DNA from: Octopus sinensis | Taxonomy: Eukaryota | DNA length: 64,000 nucleotides | Direction of reading: 5' to 3' | NCBI RefSeq assembly: GCF_006345805.1 | Contig: NW_021832272.1 | Span: forward strand, 8,746 to 72,745 | In this document: positions 25,177 through 38,930 of the stretch, one piece after another | Position numbering within the stretch: the stretch's first letter is position 1 | How the letters are laid out: the number at the start of each line of letters is the position of its first letter | The notes under the pieces: model-generated | Database searches by the model: none | Seen by the model: the letters and a program-made list of their open reading frames with translations, nothing else | Told to the model about the DNA's origin: nothing | Translations under genes and position numbers: made by a program

Positions 25177-25880
25177 AGTATCTACTCCATCTTAGACGTA
25201 TTTATAGGGAATTTCATTGAAAAATATCCATATTTTTCTGAAAGTTATGAGGAAACAAAGTCGGCGGGGCACACTTGTGTAGGTATGCCTACATTTCATT
25301 TTATTTTACTTTGCTTTGTTCTTGCTTATTTCTTACAAGAAATCTTAGGTAATCATGGCACCGAAGCAAAGCAAAGATTAAAAAAAAAAAAAACGAAACT
25401 GAATAAATATAACCAGCCAGGAACAGAGAAACATTTCCTGGTGTACGAGAAAGGTGGCATTGTTGGCCGATGACACAGAGAGATGGACACTGGACGGAGA
25501 TGCTATCGGCTGCAGATTCTTTCTCTCTGGGACGAAACAGAGAACTAACATGTTATCTAGGATTAATCAACATTCCAACTCCGTCTCTCACACACAAAAC
25601 ACGCAGTTGTATATATATATACATATATACACATATAAAATGCTGATCACACACACACATGCACACACACACACACACACACGCACACACATGATGTAAT
25701 ATATACGTAATGTAATTGCGAAGTCGTTCTTTATTTATTTTTTAAAAACTTTTCCTTCGTCTGCTTTTCTTCTCCAATATTTCTTGCCTTGCTTATTTTC
25801 CCCATTTCTAATCATTCTCTCTCTCTCCTCTCTCTATCTCTCTATTATTCTAATTATATATATATATATTATTATATATT

Positions 25881-25914
<34 letters not shown>

Positions 25915-25916
<2 letters not shown>

Positions 25917-26985
25917 CTCTTTACTTGTTTCAGTCATTTGACTGCGGCCATGCTGGAGCACCGCCTTTAATCGAGCAACTCGACCCCGGAACTTATTCTT
26001 TGTAAGCCCAGTACTTATTCTATCGGTCTCTTTTGCCGAACCGCTAAGTGACGGGGACATAAACACACCAGCATCGGTTGTTAAGCAATGCTAGGGAGAC
26101 AAACATAGACACACAAACATACACGCACATACATATATTATATATATTTACATATATACGACGGGCTTCTTTTTCAGTTTCCGTCTACCAAATCCACTCA
26201 CAAGGCATTGGTCGGCCCGGGGCTATAGCAGAAGACACTTGCCCAAGGTGCCAAGTAATGGGACTGAATGAGGCCAAGACTGAATACATAAACAAGTGCC
26301 TGTCCAACAGTGATTGCATCATCCATACTCTCAACAATGCGCCCTTAAATATGGTTTCTGATTACAAATATCTTGGGTCATACATATCATCATCTGGAAA
26401 AGACTTTCTAACTAGAAAGGGTATGGCTTGGTCAGCCTGTAATGACATGCATAAGATCTGGTCATCAAATCTAAGTAGAGACTTCAAACTTGAAATCTTC
26501 AAAGCCACAGTCGGACCAATTCTACTATATGGCTCAGAAACCTGGACGTTATCAAAGAAGCTTGAGAGGCGGTTGGATGGAACCTACACTCGCCTCCTTA
26601 TGAGAGCTCAAAATCTCTCGTGGAAGCGCCATCCAACCAAAATGCAAATATATGGGAAACTACCACCTGTGTCATCTCTTGTGAAAGGTAAGAGAGTCTA
26701 GTTTGCTGGACATTGTTGTAGAGCTGAAAAAGAGGTAATTTCTACTCTTCTCCTCTGGAAGCCATCTACTCGCAATACTAGAGGGCGCACACTCTCCTAC
26801 CCTGATGTAATCTCCAGGGATACAGGCATCCAGCAACAGGACCTCCGTAATGCCATGATGGACCGTGAAGTCTGGCGTAGCATGGTAAATTCCATTGTCT
26901 CGACCACGGTCGAACAATGATGATGATGATGGGACTGAACCCGGAACCATGTGGTTGGTAAGCAAGCTACTTACCACACAGCCAC
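25915..26985 (-). mobile_element. SINE family A split by an RTE insertion
   Basis: SINE sequence resumes at gggactgaacccgg after the LINE. Confidence 0.85.
26269..26928 (+). mobile_element. 5'-truncated RTE/RTEX-clade LINE with (TGA)n tail and 11-bp TSD
   Basis: YKYLGSYI..KGMAWSACN..LLYGSETWTL..LDGTYTRLLMRAQN..FAGHC; ATGGGACTGAA at 26258-26268 and 26929-26939. Confidence 0.9.
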
Positions 26986-26999
26986 TCATATATATATTA

Positions 27000-27177
27000 T
27001 ATATGTGTGTGTGTGTGTAAGAAACTATGTATATGAGTGTGTATATGTATGTGTGTATGTATGTATGCACGTATATATGTATGTATGCACATATGTATGT
27101 ATGTATGTATGTATGTACGTACGTATGTATGTATGTGCGTACGTACGTATGTATCAATCAGTTCGCCTGTCTGTCAG

Positions 27178-27245
<68 letters not shown>

Positions 27246-27670
27246 CTTATGTATGTGTGTGTGTGTGTGTCTGTCTGCCTGTCTGTTTGTGTCTGTCTAC
27301 CTACCTGTTTGCCTCTCTGTGTCTGCCTGCCTCCCTGCCTATCCATCTGCCTATCTATATGAATATGTACTTTAGAGCATCTATGTCGCTGCTGTCGGTC
27401 AACAAGTGTGTGTGCGCGCGTGCGTCTGTGCGTGTGTGCACGTACGACTGTATCTGTATCTGGTGTACATACATACATACATACATACATGCATACATAC
27501 ACACATACATACATACATACATACATACATACATGTATGCATACATACATACATACATACATACATACATACATACATACATACATACTTACATACATAC
27601 ATACATACATACATGCATGCATGCATGCATACATACATACATACATACATACATACATACATACATACAA
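27000..27670. repeat. (TATG)n, (TCTA)n and (CATA)n tetranucleotide arrays
   Basis: Direct inspection. Confidence 0.95.
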
Positions 27671-27719
27671 ACGAATTTGATCATGTTGAGACCGATAGAT
27701 CAGAAGAATATGGCGGAAC

Positions 27720-28070
27720 ATAAAAAATTAAAACAGCCATTAACTTAAAACACAACCGGCCAGATATCGTTGTGTGGGACCATAAAGTTGTGGGATCACA
27801 AAGTTGTGGGACCACAGTTGTGGAAATCAGCAGCTTTCTGGACACGAATGTAGTTAAAAAAATACAAGAGAAAAAGGACATCTGAGGACTATTGATAAGG
27901 AGTTTGCAAATCCAATACCCAAGACACAAATAGCTTCATACCGACCCGACTGGAGCAAAGTATGGCTGAACTTGGGACCTTGGAGAGAGAATATAAATCC
28001 TTAATTCATACGTTACAAGTGATCGTGACATTTTGGGACGCTAAAAATCTGTAAGGCCTCCTTAACATTT
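27720..28070 (+). pseudogene. R4-like RLE endonuclease 3' remnant
   Basis: KHNRPDIVVWD..VVEIS..KKIQEKKD..GTLKICK. Confidence 0.6.
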
Positions 28071-28344
28071 AAAGGGTGGTGTTTAAAACAAGATATTTTC
28101 CTTCACAACCTTGCTACTAAGTCGGTGGCTGGTCAAAATTTATTCTAAATTAAAAAGAGAAAGAAAATAACATACATACACACACACGTAATTACTTACG
28201 TACGTACATACACACACACATACATACATACATGCATATATACATACATACATACATACATACATACATACATACGTACGTACATACGTACGTACATACA
28301 TACATACATACATACATACATACATACATCTCCCGGTCATTCAA

Positions 28345-28545
28345 TATGTGACAGCGTGTGTATCGTTGGCGATTTTCTTTCTCCGTCTTCCCTTTCTTGG
28401 ACCTTTCCTTTTTCTATGTTTCTGACGAAGAGCTCCACTCGAAACGTTAAATCCTCCTTCTTTCTTTCCGTTCCCGGGCGTCCAATAACACTATACTTGT
28501 TCCACGTCCTCGCGTTGTTGTGTTTTCTCTTTGTGTTTCCATACA
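28345..28545 (+). mobile_element. Short hammerhead-bearing element, copy 2 (intact core)
   Basis: GUUU-CUGACGA-A-GAG-CUCCA-CUC-GAA-ACGU-U-AAAU at 28418-28452. Confidence 0.75.
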
Positions 28546-28559
28546 TACATATGTTCAAG

Positions 28560-29370
28560 AGTACTGTGTACGGTCAGATTGACATGCAATATTGGCTTGC
28601 CATGGCACGGACGAGTCTCATGGCCAAGAATGAAACCTCTGAGTTGCTTGAAATCTACAGGCCCATTACTTGCCTAAATATCTTTATATATAAAAGTGAA
28701 GTTGTGTGTCTGTCTCCTACGATTTAGATTCCTAACTACTCCCACATTTTGCGGTGCAGTTTAACCAAAACCGGGTATCTTATAGTCGTGATTCATATCG
28801 AGCCCTTCTGGGTATTAGCGCGCGTCTACGATGAGTCTACGATTTTAAAAATAATTTACCATCATTTTTTCCATTTTAATGCATTTTTTCGCTATTATAT
28901 AAGGGAAGTAACTCTCTAAAAATGTCTACGATGAGTCAACGATTTAAAAAAAAATTACCATAATTTTTTTTCCATTTTTAATGCATTTTTTTGCTATTTT
29001 TTGGCTATAACTCTCTAAAAATGCTTTATAGTTATTTCCCTTACAAACCCGAGCAACGCCGGGCGATACTGCTAGTTATTTTTAAAAACTGTACCCAAGC
29101 TGCCTCGACCAATTCATCCAGGATCGTCGTGCGTCCAACAACATAATGACTGATGCGCAGGCCGGTGGAAAGAAGTGAGGACGTGCCGAACAATTTCTGA
29201 TGCACAAAGCTGTACCGTCTCAGGTGGAACTCCCCACCCCCCAAAAAAAACCCCGTAGGAGTCTTACAACAGTATGGCTTGTTCATAGGAAGGCATTTGA
29301 CTCTGTTCTTCACTCATGGCTACTGAAGTATCTCGACTTGGCATCCAGTGAGAGATAAATATCATTCAGT
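28560..29370 (+). pseudogene. R4-like RT remnant interrupted by a Helitron
   Basis: WLAMARTSLMAKNET..YRPITCLN before the insertion; QAGGKK and KAFDSVLHSWLLK after it. Confidence 0.7.
28681..29075 (+). mobile_element. Non-autonomous Helitron
   Basis: 5' TC, 3' CTAG, GC hairpin CCCG-AGCAACGC-CGGG (29048-29063), inserted between A and T, no TSD; internal ~95-bp tandem duplication. Confidence 0.85.
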
Positions 29371-29374
29371 GTAC

Positions 29375-29780
29375 GCAGGAGTGGCTGTGTGGTAAGTAGC
29401 TTGCTAACCAACCACATGGTTCCGGGTTCAGTCCCACTGCGTGGCATCTTGGGCGAGTGTCTTCTGCTATAGCCCCGGGCCGACCAATGCCTTGTGAGTG
29501 GATTTGGTAGACGGAAACTGAAAGAAGCCTGTCGTATATATGTATATATATGTGTGTGGTGGTTTGTGTGTCTGTGTTTGTCCCCCTAGCATTGCTTGAC
29601 AACCGATGCTGGTGTGTTTACGTCCCCGTCACTTAGCGGTTCGGCAAAAGAGACTGATAGAATAAGTACTGGGCTTACAAAGAATAAGTCCCGGGGTCGA
29701 TTTGCTCGACTAAAGGCGGTGCTCCAGCATGGCTGCAGTCAAATGACTGAAGCAAATAAAAGAGTAAAAGAGTAAAAAGA
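29375..29780 (+). mobile_element. SINE family A
   Basis: Full head, body and tail. Confidence 0.9.
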
Positions 29781-30354
29781 GTATAAAGATATGAACTAGT
29801 TAACAGTTTCATGCTCTGGAGACCCATGCTACATGTGAATGGATCTAAGAAATACAATTTATGCGTGGTTGAAAGATCATACATTCTTTTTAGATCTAAG
29901 AATTCCAAATTCGAAATTTTCTGCAAATGGAAGTATATAGAGAATTTTTTTCATTTTTTTTTTTTTTGCGAACTGGAGGGCACTACTCTTTCTGGATTGA
30001 GCGTCTCGCAGACTTTGGGCCCTTCTTCATTGTATTATTCTACAACTAGCTTAATTATAGCTATACGGTCAAAGGAGACATAACTCTTATTTTGTTTCTT
30101 TTCTTTTCAATTTTCCGTCTTTAATCACCCTTCCGTTTTTAGCATCTTCCTTCTCGTTTTTTCTCGCGATCTCTCTTGCAATAGCGTCCTGATTTGCAAA
30201 TAAAATAGACAATGTGATCAAAGCCTTTAGATTGCTTGGAATCACAATGAGTGTTATAAAATCTACCCAGATCTGTGTCTCCAATGGAAGGAACTATTAG
30301 TGGCTCGTATTTTTATACTTTGTACATTAAATGCTATATATATATATATATATC

Positions 30355-30507
30355 AGGAGTGGCTGTGTGGTAAGTAGCTTGCTAACCAACCACATGGTTC
30401 CGGGTTCAGTCCCACTGTGCGGGATCTTGGGCAAGTGTCTTCTGCTATAGCCCCGGGCTGACCAATGCCTTGTGAGTGGATGTAGGCGGAAACTGAAAGA
30501 AGCCCGT

Positions 30508-30543
<36 letters not shown>

Positions 30544-30762
30544 TATGTGTGTGTGTGTGTCCGTGTGTCTGTGTTTGTCCCCCTAGCATTGCTTGACAAC
30601 CAATGCTGGTGTGTTTACGTCCCCGTCACTTAGCAGCTCGGCAAAAGAGACCGATAGAATAAGTACTGAGCTTACAAAGAATAAGTCCCGGGAACGATTT
30701 GCTCGACTAAAAGGCGTTGCTCCAGCATGGCCGCAGTCAAATGACTGAAACAAGTAAAAGAG

Positions 30763-30765
<3 letters not shown>
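30355..30765 (+). mobile_element. SINE family A
   Basis: Full head, body and tail. Confidence 0.9.
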
Positions 30766-30794
<29 letters not shown>

Positions 30795-31179
30795 GCAGTC
30801 TTATTGTTACGTCTTGTTTGTGTTTGTACTCTTTGTGCCCCGCTGCTTGAAATTTTATTTTAATTCTCTCGCAGGAAGGCCTATTGGATTAGTGTTCTGT
30901 TATGCCTTCGAAACATGCCTGACTCCTCTAGCGACAGCTGATGACGGGGGTTTGTCCTTGTGTAGCTCGTCCTGTATTTGTTTTCGTTTTCCGTTTTCTT
31001 TTTTTTTTGTTTTTGGCTTTTTCCGTTCTCTACGTCTTATTGTGATGTCCTGTACTCCGTATAATTATTTATATATGCATGTATATATACATGTAGATGT
31101 AGGTACGTATATATATGTTTGTATGTATGCATATATTTTTATTTATCTCCTATATATATATATATATATATTATTTGTA

Positions 31180-31425
31180 TACATTCGCTGCTTTCTTCCA
31201 AGGAATCTAATGCTCTTAGCTTAGTTTTTCCTTGGGGCTGGTCAGATTGTAGCAATCTCAAATATAATCAGCCGAAATTGCGAAGAAAATCTGGTACTTG
31301 ACTGAGGAAAGAAAACTTCGAATGACCCGTCCTTGTTTTCTTTGTATCGTCTATCTGGATGTTTTGTTGTCCCATTTTTGTATCACCTAACTGTCCAGAT
31401 GTTTTGCGTTCTTGTATTCTTGTCC

Positions 31426-31430
<5 letters not shown>
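31180..31430 (+). mobile_element. Unclassified T-rich dispersed repeat, homologous to 36860-37100 (-)
   Basis: Shared ggggctgg(t/c)cagatt...cagccgaaa...actga(g/c)ga...cgaat.accc...ggatgttttg. Confidence 0.6.
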
Positions 31431-31490
<60 letters not shown>

Positions 31491-32279
31491 ACGCGAGTGT
31501 CGCGGGCTTTTTTCAGTTTCCGTACACCATATTCCCTCACAAGGCATTAATCGACCCGGGGTTATAATAGAACACATTTACCCAAGGTACTGCGCAGTGG
31601 TACCGAAACCGGAACCAAAAGTTGATTGCGAAGCGAGATTCTTTAGAACACACCCATGCATGCACCCGCGCGTGCATGCATTGATGTATGTACACATCAG
31701 AGTATGTATGCGTGTGCGTACGTGCGTGTGTGTGTATGAGAAAGAAAGAGAGAGAGAGTGTGTGTGAGTGAGTGTGACGCTATAAGTGTCATGTGATATT
31801 TACATGTCTATAAATACGACCGGCTTTTTTTCACAGTTGTTAATCCGTCAAAGGAATTTCACTCGCATGGTTTTTGTCGTCCGCAGGCCATATAACAACT
31901 ATATCAATAATAATAATGATAATTATCAATGAATGAAAAAAGAGTGTGTATGATGCAGTTGTTTTCATTGACCAAACGGTTTTTTGAGTGGTCGTACTGA
32001 CGTCACAGCACGGAATAATATGAATGGTAGGAACATCACATGGAGAAGGACCGTGACATGGGAGATTTGTACTGGTGATGATGATTGTGGCCATTGACAG
32101 AATGTGTAAAGCTAGAGGGGGTACATGTGTTTGATGAAGGAAGGATAAGGGGTTGCAGGAAATAATAGGAAGAAGATGGGCCGTCGTACGATACGACTCG
32201 TGTATGTGTGAATGACTATGTTCGTGATTTTGATGTTTTTGTTTTAAGTGTTGTGTGTGTGTGTGTTGTGTGTGTGAAT

Positions 32280-33480
32280 TTTTGTGCATGCTTGTATATA
32301 TGTGTGTGTCTGTGAATTAGTGTGTGTGTATGTCTGTGAATATGTGTGTGTGTATGTCTGTGAATTAGTGAGTGTGTGCTTTGTGCTTGTGTGTGTGTGT
32401 ATGTCTGTGAATTAGTGTGTGTGTATGTCTGTGAATATGTGTGTGTGTATGTCTGTGAATTAGTGTGTGTGTGCTTTGTGCTTGTGTGTGTGTGTATGTG
32501 TGTGTGTGTATGTCTGTGAATTAGTGTGTGTGTATGTCTGTGAATATGTGTGTGTGTATGTCTGTGAATTAGTGTGTGTGTGCTTTGTGCTTGTGTGTGT
32601 GTGTATGTCTGTGAATTAGTGAGTGTGTGCTTTGTGCTTGTGTGTGTGTGTATTGTGTGTGTGTATGTCTGTGAATTAGTGTGTGTGTATGTCTGTGAAT
32701 ATGTGTGTGTGTATGTCTGTGAATTAGTGTGTGTGTGCTTTGTGCTTGTGTGTGTGTGTATGTTGTGTGTGGTATGTCTGTGAATATGTTGTGTGTATGT
32801 CTGTGAATTAGTGGTGTGTGTGCTTTGTGCTTGTGTGTGTGTGTATGTGTGTGTGTGTATGTCTGTGAATTAGTGTTGTGTATGTCTGTGAATATGTGTG
32901 TGTGTATGTCTGTGAATTAGTGTGTGTGTGCTTTGTGCTTGTGTGTGTGTGTGGTGTGTGTGTGTGTATGTCTGTGAATTAGTGTGTGTGTGCTTGTGTT
33001 TGTGTATATCAGTGTGTGTGTGTGTGTATGTGGTTGACTGTTTGTGTGCGCATCTCTATTTGCGAGTTGTATGTGTGTGGGTATTTGTGTATTTTTGTAT
33101 GTTTGAATGCATGCCTCTGTGTATGTGTGCGTGCGAGTGTGTGTGTGTGTGTGTGCGTGCATGTGTACATATTTAGGTGTTACACACTGTGTATGTGAGT
33201 GTGTGCGTTTATGTATGTGTATGTGTATGCACAGGCGCGTCATTTTTCGTGTGTGTATATATGTGTTTATGCACGTGTGCGTATGTGTATGTGTGTGATT
33301 GTGTATGACTGTGTATGTGTGTGATTGTGTATGACTGTGTATGTGTGTGATTGTGTATGACTGTGTATGTGTGTGATTGTGTATGACTGTGTATGTGTGT
33401 GATTGTGTATGACTGTGTATGTGTGTGATTGTGTATGACTGTGTATGTGTGTGATTGTGTATGACTGTGTATATGTGCAC
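32280..33480. repeat. Higher-order GT-rich minisatellites
   Basis: Alternating gtatgtctgtgaattag / gtatgtctgtgaatatg / gctttgtgctt units, then about seven copies of a 26-bp unit gtgtatgactgtgtatgtgtgtgatt. Confidence 0.9.
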
Positions 33481-33532
33481 TCATGATTGTGTTTTTGCGT
33501 GTGTGTATGACAGTAGGTGTATTTGTATATGC

Positions 33533-33566
<34 letters not shown>

Positions 33567-33899
33567 GTGTCTGTGTGTCCATTTCCGTCTTAATGTCTGA
33601 GCATTTGTAAGTAGATAGAAAGCGCGGGAAGAGACTCGTTCGTGTGTGCGTGTTTTTTTTTTGTGTGTGTGTGTGTGTATATATTACTACGAATGAATGA
33701 TTACGAAATTGTGTGTGTATATGTACACGTTTATGTAAGTGTGTGTGTGTGTGTGTGTGTGTATGCGTGTGTGTGTGTGTATGTGCGCGCGTAGGACGAA
33801 ACTACATTGCATCGTCACGTGGCAAGAAACCGTGACCGCTCGTGGTGAAAGTGTAACGGTGTATGCTGCACGCGCTGTAAACTATGGTCACCATCGGCA

Positions 33900-33944
33900 A
33901 TGCCACCACCACCACTGCCTCTGCCTCGGCCCATACATACATCC

Positions 33945-33978
<34 letters not shown>

Positions 33979-34620
33979 CCACACGCACAATCATTTGCAC
34001 TACCATGGCCGCCCGTCGCCGCTACGGCAGCTGCGTCCGCTACCTCCGCCGCCATTACGACTATGACGACAAACACCACCACCACCACCATCTCCACCAC
34101 CACCACCACCACCTCCACCACCACCACCACCACAACAGCAATCACCACCACCACTGCAACCGCCACCTTCACCACCACCAACACCACCACCACAACCGCA
34201 ATCACCACCACCACCACCACCACCACCACCACTGCAACCGCCATCTTCACCACCACCAACACCACCACCACAACCGCCATCACCACCACCACCACCACCA
34301 CTGCAACCGCCACCTTCACCACCACCACCACTACCACCACCACCACCACCTTCCCCAACTCCATTTTCGCAACAACAAACACCACCACATTTTCAATGAA
34401 AACCATCGACATCACCAAGCATCACAACCACCACTTTTACTGCAGCACTAACACACCCACCACAACCACCACTACCACTACCACCACCAATACCATGACC
34501 GCCATCACCACCACCACCATCGCCACCACCACTACCACCGTCGAAACCCTCAGCACTACGAGCATCCCTGCCCTAAGCACAACCATAGCCACGCCACCCA
34601 CGACAAACACTACTCCCAGG
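33900..34620. repeat. (CAC)n-derived compound triplet array
   Basis: Direct inspection. Confidence 0.9.
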
Positions 34621-34915
34621 GCAACCAAGAACTGGGTCGAACTCGAATAAATTCACGGTGTAGTTATCTCCGTTCGTGTAGACCCAGGTTCGATCCCACG
34701 GGATGGTATTTTGGCAAGAGTTTTTTGCTGTAGTCTCGAGTTGACCAATGCATTGTGAGTGGAAATGGATAACCCGAAATGGATAAGCGGAAATTGTACT
34801 GAAGCCCATGATGTGTGTGTGTGTATTTATTCATACACAAGCATACATTTGATTCTTTTCTTCTTTTCAGCCAGGGGTTGCGCCCATGCAAGAGCATCAT
34901 CATAGTGTATATTCC

Positions 34916-34987
34916 TTCTCCGGTGGAGAATCGAACTCAGGTCTCCTGCGTGACGGACAGGGATACATACAACTACACAACTATACA
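34916..34987 (-). pseudogene. tRNA-Asp(GTC) pseudogene
   Basis: Minus strand tagttgtatgtatccctgtccgtcacgcaggagacctgagttcgattctccaccggaga aligns to metazoan tRNA-Asp; GTC anticodon at 34952-34954; 5' acceptor strand degenerate. Confidence 0.7.
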
Positions 34988-35059
34988 TGTCCATTCCATG
35001 CATCGATCCATCCATCTTCGCCGACTGTCCCTGGAAGGGTCCGGGAATAAAGTCCTCCG

Positions 35060-35350
35060 TAGACACCTATGAGGTGCAACCGTCATTAGATTTGCCAGCT
35101 GGAGTTTCAAGCATCACAACCACTTCGTTCTTGAGCTAACCTTTACGTCTCCAGCCACTTGGCTTGGTCTGAAGAGTCTATATTTTGATTCTTCGTGCAA
35201 TATTCTGACCTCATGTCCATAGTACCCGAGCTGAGACCTCTCAACGCGAAGAGGTAGTGGCTTCACCTGGAGACATGCTGTGATCTCCGAGTTACGCAAC
35301 TCGTCCAGTAACATTACTCCAGAGACCCTTTACTGGAAACTCATTTCGGC
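35060..35350 (-). pseudogene. RTE-clade LINE 3' remnant
   Basis: LRNSEITACLQVKPLPLRVERSQLGYYGH..SSRTKWL. Confidence 0.7.
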
Positions 35351-35354
35351 CGCT

Positions 35355-35451
<97 letters not shown>

Positions 35452-35986
35452 TTTCTCCTCTTCAACTTTTACTATCTGTCTCTCTCTCCCCCTCTTTCTC
35501 CTTTACTCTCTCTCTCGTTGCTCACACACGAGACCATCGTCCATCTTTCTTTTCCTCATGCGATCATCTTTTCTTTCAGGGCTGTCCTAAAGACTGGACG
35601 TATCGTATCTCTCTCTTCTATCTTTTTTCTTGTCAAAGAAAATATTCCTCCAGCGTTCGCTATTTTACCCTCGTGCTCGTCTAACAACCATCCATGTTCG
35701 TTTTCGTTCAATTTCCTTGTATGTCTCCACTATCCTGTTTCTGTTCCCAACTTTGACCCTCCATAAACCCCAAATTTTATTTTGGTACTAATGGGAGCAA
35801 CTGTCTTCGAAGACTCATATTATCGCTCAATGCTCGAAACGAAGGGTAGATAGACATCGGACAACTGATGAAGGGTCGTTCTTTATATGTTACTTGTCCT
35901 GTTTTCCATTTGTTTCTCTCGTTGTTTGCGTATTGAACTCATATGTTTTCGTATTTCATGTTCTTTACTGCTGGTGATCTTCTGTA

Positions 35987-36029
<43 letters not shown>

Positions 36030-36033
<4 letters not shown>

Positions 36034-36440
36034 ATACTCTTTTACTCTTTTACTTGTTTCAATCATTTGACTGCGGCCATGTGCTGGAGCAGCGCCTTTA
36101 ATCGAGCAACTCGACCCCGAGACTTATTCTATTGTAAGTCCAGTACTTATTCTATCGGTCTCTTTTGCCGAACCGCTAAGTAACGGGGACATAAACACAC
36201 CAGCATCGTTTGTCAAGCAATGCTAGGGGACAAACACAGACACACAAACACACACACGCATATATATATACATATATACGACGGGCTTCTTTCAGTTTCC
36301 GTCAACCAAATCCACTCATAAGGCTTTGGTCGGCCCGAGGCTATAGTAGAAGACACTTACCCAAGGTGCCACGCCGTGGGACTGAACCCGGAATCATGTG
36401 GTTGGTAAACAAGCTACTTAGCACACAGCCACTCCTGCGG
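36030..36440 (-). mobile_element. SINE family A
   Basis: Full head, body and tail. Confidence 0.9.
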
Positions 36441-36547
<107 letters not shown>

Positions 36548-37629
36548 TTTATCTTATACATATTTATATATATGTGTATACACCGTATCAACATTCCCAC
36601 ACACAACTAACGAATTCAAAGAAAGCTGACGACCCATGCCACAGCATTAAAAGCAGTTGATTGACTGCCAAACGTTCTCTTTCTGACGGATGAGAAACTG
36701 GTTAGCGTCTCTCTTATTACTCTCCTTCATCTCTCCATGGCCATTCTTCTGCCCAGGGCGTGGAGTACACATGGACATGATCGTCAATTGGTACCGTTTA
36801 ATCGACTCTCTATGAGAAGATTTATATATAAATAAATGAATGCATATATATATAACAGGACAAAAAAAAAATGGAACAAGAACGTAACAGGCGACATCAA
36901 AACATCCGGGCAGTTAGACGATATATAGAAGGACAGGAAAAAATAAGGGCGGGTGATTCGGAGCCTTCTATCGTCAGTTAAGTTCCAGATCATCCCTGCA
37001 GTTTCGGCTGGTTACACTCAAGACTTCTCCAATCTGGCCAGCCCCGAGAAAATCTAAGGTAAGAGGACTAGCTTCTTTGGAAGAAAGCAAGCGAGTGTAT
37101 ACGAAAACAAAGACGAAAAGAAAAAAACGGAGAGATGTTATACAATTACAAATACAAAGAATAAGACAATAACAACAGGTGTCTTTCGACTAAAGATGAA
37201 TTAAATCAAGCTGGCGTGTGTGGTGTTATATATATATATACACATATGTATATGTATGTATGTATATATATATATATGACGGTATTTTTGATAGTATGAT
37301 AACAAGAGGTGACAATAATGGTGGCGATGGTAGTGGTGTTCTTGCTGTATTTGGTGTTGGTGATAGTGATGGTGCTGGTGGTATTAATCATGAGGATTCC
37401 GGTGGTGGTTGTCGTGTTGGTGCTTATGATAGTAATGGACATAACGGTGGAGAAGATGTCACTAATGAAAGCGGGGTTGTCCTCATCGTAGTCATCTAAA
37501 ACTCAAAACAGAGTTTATAAAATACTTCGCATCATAGGAATATTTAACAAAACAACGAATTAGTCTGTTAATGAATGACATACCATAAAAAATATTTCCG
37601 GAAGATTTTCACTGTTACTTTTATTACTT

Positions 37630-38110
37630 TGCGCCTCGTTTTGTTAATATATTTGAGAGATGTTAATATAAGTTATGAAAAGGAGCGGGCGCAATACAGT
37701 GCTTTGTGGGACTCCACTTATAACCCTGGTTGAGGTCGATCGGACACCATCAATCACCACAAACTGAGTTCCGTTCATCTGAAGACATTTAGTCCAAGTT
37801 AACAGTTTCCCTCGGACTCCAATGTTGAACAGTTTCTTTAACAGGATGCAGCGATCAACTCTGTCAAAGGCTTTGCTGAAGTCCAGGTATATGACGTCTG
37901 CATTGGAGTCCTCTCCTATGTCCTTTAACATGTCATTGGAATGATGCAAGGGCTGTGTTAAGCAGTCCCTTCCATCGTGGAAGCCATGTTGGTTGGAAAT
38001 AATCAGGTTGTTCGATGCCAAGAAATGGGTTGCTTGAGATCTCACAACTCTTTCGAATAATTTGATGATAGAAAGAGGTAAGTGAGATCGGACGATAGTT
38101 TGCCTTTCTA
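37630..38110 (-). pseudogene. CR1-clade LINE RT remnant
   Basis: QHGF..DVIYLDFSKAFDRVD..SGVPQSTVLRPLLFITYIN. Confidence 0.9.
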
Positions 38111-38117
38111 GAAAACT

Positions 38118-38270
38118 GTGGCTGTGTGGTAAGTAGCTTGTTTACCAACCACATGGTTCCGGGTTCAGTCCCACTGCGTGGCACCTTGGGCTAGTGCCTT
38201 CTACTATAGCCTCGGGCCGAACAAAGTCTTGTGCGTGGATTCGGTAGAAGGAAACTGAAAGAAGCCTGTC

Positions 38271-38333
<63 letters not shown>

Positions 38334-38495
38334 AGGAGTGGCTGTGTGTGGTAAGTAGCTTGTTTACCAACCACATGGTTCCGGGTTCAGTCCCACTGCG
38401 TGGCACCTTGGGCAAGTGTCTTCTACTATAGCCTCGGGCCGACCAAAGCCTTGTGAGTGGATTTGGTAGACGGAAACTGAAAGAAGCCCATCGTA

Positions 38496-38545
<50 letters not shown>

Positions 38546-38930
38546 TGTGTGTGTTTGTATGTCTGTGTTTGTCCCCCTAGCATTGCTTGACAACCGATGC
38601 TGGTGTGTTTATGTCCCCGTTACTTAGCGGTTCGGCAAAATAGACCGATAGAATAAGTACTGGGCTTACAAAGAATAAGTCCCGGGGTCGAGTTGCTCGA
38701 TTAAAGGCGGTGCTCCAGCATGGCCGCAGTCAAATGACTGAAACGAGTAAAAGAGTAAAAGAGAGTATATACACGACGCGGTTTCCACACAGTGTCCGTC
38801 TACCAAATTCACTGACAAGGCATTTGGTCGGCCTGGAGGGCTGTAGCAGAAGTCATTTGCCGAATGTACCGCACGGCGAGATTGAACCCGAAACCACGTA
38901 GCTGCCAAAACGAGCTTCTAAACCACACAA
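38118..38930 (+). mobile_element. Cluster of SINE A copies (partial +, full +, old -)
   Basis: Heads at about 38118 and 38333; older reversed piece at 38770-38930. Confidence 0.85.

Noticed and set aside
25355-25380. ATG GCA CCG AAG (MAPK..) as a pogo/Tigger transposase start
   Set aside because: A stop follows after 8 codons and no transposase motifs are seen downstream.
36950-37010. Type II hammerhead reading (GAAAC…CUGACGA) in the 36.9-kb/31.3-kb repeat
   Set aside because: Helices I and III could not be closed in either copy.
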